In this document: positions 58,667 to 64,000 of the stretch, in pieces | How positions within the stretch are numbered: position 1 is the stretch's first letter | Layout: every line of letters begins with the position of its first letter | Origin: Candidatus Zhuqueibacterota bacterium | Lineage (GTDB): Bacteria; Zhuqueibacterota; Zhuqueibacteria; JANLFK01; Oleimicrobiaceae | Assembly (NCBI GenBank): GCA_024655945.1 | Contig: JANLFK010000004.1 | Span: 545 to 64,544, forward strand | DNA length: 64,000 nucleotides | Reading direction: 5' to 3' | The notes under the pieces: model-generated | Databases searched by the model: none | Told to the model about the DNA's origin: nothing | The model's input: the letters and a program-made list of their open reading frames with translations, nothing else | Made by a program: the position numbers and the translations under genes

Positions 58667-60013
58667 ATGCTGAAAGAGCTGCTGTTGCCGGAGATTCAGG
58701 AACTCATTGAGGCCAAGGACTGGCGTACCCTGAAAGAAGCCATCGCCGACTGGCCGGCACCGGACATTGCCGACCTCCTGGAGAGCTTGCACGAGGCCGA
58801 TCGCGTAATCCTTTTCCGCTTGCTCCCCCGGCAGCGTGCGGCCGAGGTCTTTGCCGAGTTCGAGCCGGACAAGCAGCGCCAGCTCCTGGAGCGCCTCACC
58901 AACGAGCAGGTGAAGATGCTTCTCGAAGAGGTTTCTCCGGACGACCGAACCGAGTTGTTCGAAGAACTGCCGGGAAAGGTCACGCAACAGCTCCTCAATC
59001 TCCTTTCGCCTGCGGACCGGCGCGAGGCGCTGCAACTCTTAGGCTACCCGGAGGAGAGCGTCGGCCGACTGATGACCCCTGACTATGTGGCCATCTGCTC
59101 GCACTGGAGCATCGAGCAGGCCATCAACCATATCCGACGCTACGGCAGGGACGCCGAGACGGTCAACGTCATCTACGTGGTGGACGACGACGACCACTTG
59201 TTGGATGACCTGCCCATTCGGCGCATCATCCTGGCGGAGCCCAGCCAGAGCGTCGAGTCCATCATGGACCACAAGTACGTGGCTGTCGAGGCCAGTGCCG
59301 ACCAGGAGGAGGCCATCCGGCTCATCCAGCACTATGACCTGAACGCGCTGCCGGTGGTCGACAAGGAGAATGTGCTTTTGGGTATTGTGACCGTCGACGA
59401 CGTGCTGGACGTCTTGCAGGAAGAGGTTACCGAAGATGTGCACAAAGGGGCGAGCATCGCTCCCTTGGAGACCAGCTACAACGCCGCTTCGTTTTGGAGC
59501 CTCTATCGCAAGCGCGTCGGCTGGCTCTCGCTTTTGGCGGTGGCCGGCTTTCTCTCCTCTACGGTCATTGCCATGTACGAGGAGACGCTGGCCAAGATCG
59601 TCGCCCTTGCCTTCTTCATCCCCGTGCTCATCGACAGCGGCGGCAACACCGGCTCGCAGTCGGCCACGCTCATTATTCGCGCCTTGGCGCTTGGTGAGCT
59701 CACCCCCAAGCGCTGGTTTCAGGTGGTGCGCAAAGAGCTGCTGGTGGGGTTGCTCTTGGGTGCCACTTTGGGACTGATCCTCTTTGTGTGGGGCGAGTAC
59801 TGGAAGGGGGGGGCCCAGGTGGGGGTTGTGGTCGGCCTCTCCATGGTGTGCATTATCTTCATTTCCAATCTCCTGGGGAGCCTTTTGCCCATAGTCATGA
59901 CCAAGCTGCGCCTCGATCCGGCGGTGGTCAGCGGTCCCTTGATCACCACCCTGATCGACGCGCTTGGCTTAGTTATCTACTTCACTGTGGCAAAGTGGGT
60001 GATTCGCTTCTGA
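58667..60013 (+). CDS. mgtE: magnesium transporter MgtE
   Basis: MgtE N-domain, tandem CBS domains, C-terminal 5-TM MgtE domain (PVLIDSGGNTGSQSATLIIRAL); ATG 58667 after RBS gcgaggtgg. Confidence 0.85.
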   Translation: MLKELLLPEIQELIEAKDWRTLKEAIADWPAPDIADLLESLHEADRVILFRLLPRQRAAEVFAEFEPDKQRQLLERLTNEQVKMLLEEVSPDDRTELFEELPGKVTQQLLNLLSPADRREALQLLGYPEESVGRLMTPDYVAICSHWSIEQAINHIRRYGRDAETVNVIYVVDDDDHLLDDLPIRRIILAEPSQSVESIMDHKYVAVEASADQEEAIRLIQHYDLNALPVVDKENVLLGIVTVDDVLDVLQEEVTEDVHKGASIAPLETSYNAASFWSLYRKRVGWLSLLAVAGFLSSTVIAMYEETLAKIVALAFFIPVLIDSGGNTGSQSATLIIRALALGELTPKRWFQVVRKELLVGLLLGATLGLILFVWGEYWKGGAQVGVVVGLSMVCIIFISNLLGSLLPIVMTKLRLDPAVVSGPLITTLIDALGLVIYFTVAKWVIRF

Positions 60014-60147
60014 GCGGGGCAGGGCTGATTCAGCAGGGGCAATGCGGCAGTGGCCCGCCGGGCACAGCCCCTGCGTGTTGCCTGGTGCGCATCAACTTGC
60101 GGGTGTAATGCCCGTGAAAGGTGGAAAGATGAACCGTACGGCAAGAA

Positions 60148-61127
60148 TAGCAGTCGTCGTTGTGTTGCTGGTGGCAGTTGGTGTGGTGCTGGTGCTGCGC
60201 GGCAGGGTGGACAAGGGGCCGCGTCAAGAGGCAACTGTGGCGGAACTGACGGCCGGAGGGAAGGAGGATCTGGGGAGTGCAGCCGAGGCGAAAGAGGCGT
60301 CACCCGGTCAAGCGTCTGCTGAGCCTGTGGCAGTGGCGCCACCTGCGGCTCTTCCCAAGGGCACTGTCGCCCTGGTGGATGGCCGGCCCATTACCGAGGA
60401 GTACCTGCGCACCACCTTCGAAAGCCTGCCGCCTCAGTACAAGCAGGAGTTTCAAGGTGACATGGAGACCTTCTTGGACCAGCTCATTGTGCGCGATCTG
60501 CTCCTCAACGAGGCCAGGCGCCGCGGGCTGACGGCAGCGGACTCCTCCGGGGGCGAGAGCCAGGACGGCACCATCCAGGCGCTGGTGAACGCCTTGGGGA
60601 GCGCCGTACAAGTGTCGGATGCCGAGGCCAGGCGCTTCTACGCCGAACACGCCGAGGAGGTGCAGGGCGCAACCTTTGAGCAGGTGGAGAGCAGTATTCG
60701 CGACTACTTGGGCCAGCAAAAGTTCGTCGCCTCTATCTCTTCACTCATTGATAGCCTTCGCTCAGCAGCGAAGATTGTCAAGAACGAGGAATGGCTGGCG
60801 GCACAGCGAGCGGCCCAGCCCCCAGACCCGCTGGAGCCTGCGCTGCGCAGTGACAAGCCGACGGTGCTTGACCTTGGCTCGGACAGCTGCGTGCCGTGCA
60901 AGATGATGAAGCCCATCTTCGCCGAGCTGGAGAAGGAGTACAAGGGGAAGGCGAACATCCTGCTCTTGGATGTGTATGAGCACCGGCGGTTAGCCCGCCA
61001 GTATCAGGTGCGAGTCATCCCCACGCAGGTGTTCTTTGACCACCAGGGGAGAGTCTTCTGGCGCCACGAAGGATTCATGTCCAAAGAGGAAATCGTCAGC
61101 AAACTGCGCGAGTTAGGAGTGGAGTAG
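60148..61127 (+). CDS. membrane-anchored thioredoxin-fold protein with SurA-N-like chaperone domain (periplasmic thiol-disulfide oxidoreductase)
   Basis: N-terminal TM anchor, SurA-N-like region (IVRDLLLNEARRRGL), C-terminal thioredoxin domain with CVPC active site (DLGSDSCVPCKMMKPIF). Confidence 0.65.
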
Positions 61128-61828
61128 ATGCGGGCGGTTCTTGAGTGGCTTTCCTTAGCCATGGGTGGCTCGCCCGCCCTGGCTCTCGTTGGGGCTTTGC
61201 TGTGGGGTCTTTTGAGCATCTTGGTGAGTCCTTGCCACTTGGCAAGCATCCCGCTGGTGGTTGGCTTGATCGACGGCCTGGGGCAGATCTCCACCAGGCG
61301 CGCCTTTGTCCTTGCCCTCATTTTCGCCACCGGGATACTGCTGACCATCGCTATGGTCGGCGTGCTGACCAGCTTGACGGGCCGCATGCTTGGCGACCTG
61401 GGTGCAGTGGGCAACTATGTCGTGGCGGTCATCTTCTTTGCCATCGGACTCTATCTCTTGGGGGTGATTGACGTGCCGTGGCTTGGGGAGGGGCGCATCC
61501 CAGGCTGCACAGAGGGGGTGTGCTGGCTGCCCTAGTCATCGGCTTGCTCTTTGGACTTGCCCTGGGGCCGTGTACTTTTGCCTTCATGGCGCCCATGCTT
61601 GGGGTGGTCTTTAAGGTGGCGGCGTCGAACATCCCCTATGCAATCTCGCTGGTGCTGGCTTATGCTGTAGGGCACTGTTTTCTCATTGTGGTGGCGGGCA
61701 CCTTCACTGGCGCCGTGCAAAACTACCTGCAGTGGAACGAGCGCTCGCGGACGACGGTTATCGTGCGACGCATCTGCGGCGTGTTGGTGATTGCGGGCGG
61801 GCTTTATCTTCTGTGGACTGCGGCTTGA
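61128..61828 (+). CDS. ccdA: CcdA/DsbD-family thiol-disulfide transporter; frameshift near 61490-61535
   Basis: ORFs 61128..61535 and 61478..61828 are the halves of a 6-TM CcdA-like protein with the two conserved Cys (SPCHLASIP and GPCTFAF). Confidence 0.6.
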
Positions 61829-61841
61829 GAGGGGAGCGCTC

Positions 61842-62318
61842 ATGGGCAGAAAGCTGAAAGTGCTTTTCCTATGCACCGGCAATTCCTGCCGCAGCCAGAT
61901 GGCCGAGGGCTGGACACGCCGTTTGAAAGGCGACGCCATCGAGGTGTGGTCGGCCGGCATTGAACCGAAGGAGGTAGACCCGCGCGCGGTGGCCGTAATG
62001 GCTGAAGCAGGGGTGGACATCTCGGGCCAGCGTTCCAAGCACGTGCGCGAGGTGATGGACATTCCCTTCGACTATGTGGTCACCGTGTGCGATCACGCGC
62101 GGGAAACGTGTCCATTGTTTCCGGGTGCCGCAAAACGGGTGCACATGGGTTTCAGGGATCCTCCGGAACTGGCACGCCGGGCGCGCACCGAGGAGGAAGC
62201 CATGCAGATCTACCGACGCGTGCGCGACGAAATTAGGGCGTTCGTGGAGGAGATGCCAGGGATCTTGGAGACCGTCTCTTCCGCAGAGCGCCACACCGCT
62301 GAGAGGAAGGGCCGGTGA
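61842..62318 (+). CDS. arsC: arsenate reductase ArsC (low-molecular-weight phosphatase family, thioredoxin-coupled)
   Basis: P-loop VLFLCTGNSCRSQMAEGW, downstream Cys pair region, 158 aa. Confidence 0.8.
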   Translation: MGRKLKVLFLCTGNSCRSQMAEGWTRRLKGDAIEVWSAGIEPKEVDPRAVAVMAEAGVDISGQRSKHVREVMDIPFDYVVTVCDHARETCPLFPGAAKRVHMGFRDPPELARRARTEEEAMQIYRRVRDEIRAFVEEMPGILETVSSAERHTAERKGR

Positions 62319-62350
62319 CGGAACGAGAACAGTGGGAAAAGGGAGGCGTC

Positions 62351-63418
62351 ATGAGTGGGCAGACCGGAAAGCAATTGTCGGTGTAGGACAGGTTTTTGAC
62401 CTTGTGGATTTTCTTGGCAATGGCAGCGGGCGTGGGTTTGGGTTACCTTGTGCCTGGGGTCACGCGCCTTATTGCCAGTCTGCACGTGGGGGCGACCTCT
62501 TTGCCCATAGCCGCGGGACTCATCCTCATGATGTACCTGCCGTTGGCAAAGGTCAAGTATGAAGAGATGGTGCGGGTGTTCCAGAACAAGCGCCTTCTGG
62601 TGTTGTCCCTCCTGCAGAATTGGGTCGTGGGGCCCATCGTCATGTTCCTGCTGGCGATACTGCTTCTGCGTGACCATCCGGACTATATGATGGGTGTCAT
62701 TCTCGTCGGATTGGCGCGCTGCATCGCCATGGTCATTGTCTGGAATTCGTTGGCCGAGGGGGATCGGGAGCTGGCCGTAGGTCTGGTCGCCTTCAACGCC
62801 GTGTTCCAGGTGCTCTTCTATGCTGTCTACATCTACCTGTTCATCACTCTTGCCTTGAATTGGCTGGGAGTGGCAAGAGGGGTGGATGTGCACATCTCCA
62901 GTTTGGAGGCGGCCAAGACGGTGTTCATCTATCTTGGCATCTCCTTCCTTGCCGGCCTGATCACCCGCACGACCTTGCTCCGCCGCAAAGGGCGCGAGTG
63001 GTAGGAGAAGGTGTTCACTCCAAAGATCAGTCCCATCACCCTGGTGGCGCTCCTTTTCACCATCGTGGTGATGTTCTCCCTGAAGGGTGAGTATATCATC
63101 AAGCTGCCGCTGGACGTGCTGCGCGTGGCTGTGCCGTTGACCCTGTATTTCTTCCTGATGTGGTTTGTGACGTTCTTCCTTGCCCGCCGACTGGGGGCGA
63201 ACTATGCGCAGGTGACCGCGGTCTCCTTCACGGCCGCCAGCAATGACTTTGAGTTGGCCATTGCCGTGGCAGTGGCAATCTTTGGCATCCAGTCAAACCA
63301 GGCCTTTGCCACGGTAATCGGTCCGCTACTGGAAGTGCCCATCCTGGTCAGCTTGGTCAATGTCGCGCTGCGGCTCAGGCGGCGGTTCACCCCAGTCGAG
63401 GCGAACGAGATGGCATAA
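62351..63418 (+). pseudogene. acr3: ACR3-family arsenite efflux transporter interrupted by two in-frame TAG codons (62384-62386 and 63002-63004)
   Basis: ATG 62351; N-terminus MSGQTGKQLSV[23 protein letters not shown] matches the conserved ACR3 start (..LSFFDRYLTLWI..); ORFs 62396..63004 and 63011..63418 are in the same frame separated only by TAG; otherwise the 10-TM protein is intact. Confidence 0.65.
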
Positions 63419-63464
63419 CGCGAGTGACCCACGTGGTAGAACTTTCGACGAGCAGGAGAGGAGA

Positions 63465-63737
63465 ATGAGTGAGGATTCTCGTGTGTTGACGATTCAAGTT
63501 ATTGGTCCGGGATGTCCACGCCGCGACACTTTGGAGCGGCGCGTATACGATGCATGCGCCGAGCTTGGCTCGGTGGCGGACATCGTACTTGTGCGAGATC
63601 TGAAGGAATATGCGAAGCTGGGCATCGTCTTTACCCCGGCGCTCGTGGTGGATGGCAAGGTGGTGTTGAGCGGGCGAGTCCCCTCCCTTGCGGAACTGAA
63701 GGGCCTTCTCGGGAAGCTGGCGGGAGCAGAAGTATGA
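63465..63737 (+). CDS. small thioredoxin-like protein of the redox-active-disulfide-protein-2 type common in ars operons (only one Cys at the expected CxxC: GPGCPRR)
   Basis: LTIQVIGPGCPRRDTLERRV...GIVFTPALVVDGKVVLSG pattern; RBS aggagaggag + ATG 63465. Confidence 0.55.
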   Translation: MSEDSRVLTIQVIGPGCPRRDTLERRVYDACAELGSVADIVLVRDLKEYAKLGIVFTPALVVDGKVVLSGRVPSLAELKGLLGKLAGAEV

Positions 63738-63789
63738 GCGCGGCTCTCCACCCGCAGCGTCGGTGCGGATGACTGCCAGGAGGTGCAAG

Positions 63790-64000
63790 ATGGGCGGCAT
63801 ACTATCCGTCACCATCGGCGGCCGGCCTGTGGGCCTGATCGGGGTCGAAGAGGCACTGGCCGAGGCTAAGGCACGCCGCTTTGCTGACGATGAAGAGGTG
63901 AAGGCTTTCTTGTTGGCGGCCATCAAGGCGGAGAACTATGTACCCCCGCAAAAGGAGGCGGAGTACGCGGAAGCGCTGCTACAGCTCTATCGGAAAGCCA
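63790..64000 (+). CDS. hypothetical protein, partial (runs off window end)
   Basis: ATG 63790 after ggaggtgcaag; open frame to 64000. Confidence 0.35.
   Translation, partial: MGGILSVTIGGRPVGLIGVEEALAEAKARRFADDEEVKAFLLAAIKAENYVPPQKEAEYAEALLQLYRKA

Noticed and set aside
1-64000. Global reassignment of TAG (or TGA) to a sense codon
   Set aside because: TAG and TGA terminate many well-formed genes at plausible C-termini (esterase, xylB, rarA, lptD-like, sufB, ATPase and others). The in-frame stops are therefore local events, not a genetic-code change.
1-64000. CRISPR arrays, transposases, integrases, phage genes
   Set aside because: No direct-repeat/spacer periodicity and no DDE, tyrosine or serine recombinase motifs seen in any frame. 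Short repeats found (GTGTGTGTGTG at ~51307, ATGCATGA x2 at 34870) are too small.

Overview
Coding-dense, high-GC (~63-65%) bacterial window, probably from a metagenome-assembled genome of an anaerobe. Taxonomic hints point to the FCB superphylum: a C1 cysteine peptidase carries a T9SS C-terminal sorting domain, and there is an LptD-like outer membrane protein. The anaerobe call rests on ferredoxins, a nitroreductase, a radical SAM enzyme, a NifX-like protein and a minimal SufBC system.

Gene content by region:
- 0-10 kb: NHL-repeat protein, CE1-type esterase, CE8 pectinesterase, POT-family transporter, xylulokinase, metallophosphoesterase.
- ~10.7 kb: tRNA-His(GTG) plus tRNA-Glu(TTC), followed by galK and rbsK.
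- 13-34 kb: housekeeping and membrane genes (rarA, lptD-like, RNase Z, plsY, DegV fusion, Nif3, GHMP kinase) and secreted peptidases.
- 34.8-38.5 kb: an ArsR-controlled operon encoding rhodanese, DoxX, a DUF318 permease, a Cys protein and a 2x[4Fe-4S] ferredoxin.
- 38.7-49.2 kb: a metal-centre biogenesis island. It has minimal SufC/SufBD, a HypA-like Ni/Zn metallochaperone overlapping a Mrp/MinD-type ATPase, and two DUF5320-like Cys/His-rich coiled-coil peptides flanking a radical SAM enzyme (one peptide degenerate). It continues with DUF169, a DGC-domain protein, a NifX-like protein, ApbC and FmdB.
- 51.5-58.2 kb: a lower-GC RND efflux operon (TolC, MFP, AcrB).
- 58.4-64 kb: M-box-like leader plus mgtE, a thioredoxin/CcdA thiol-disulfide pair, and an arsC-ACR3-thioredoxin-like arsenic module.

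The last ~20 kb carries many disrupted genes. There are at least 8 frameshifts, most of them at homopolymer runs, and 5 in-frame nonsense codons; ACR3 alone has two TAGs. These may be assembly errors, gene decay or recoding, and this cannot be settled from sequence alone. No CRISPR arrays, transposases or integrases were seen.
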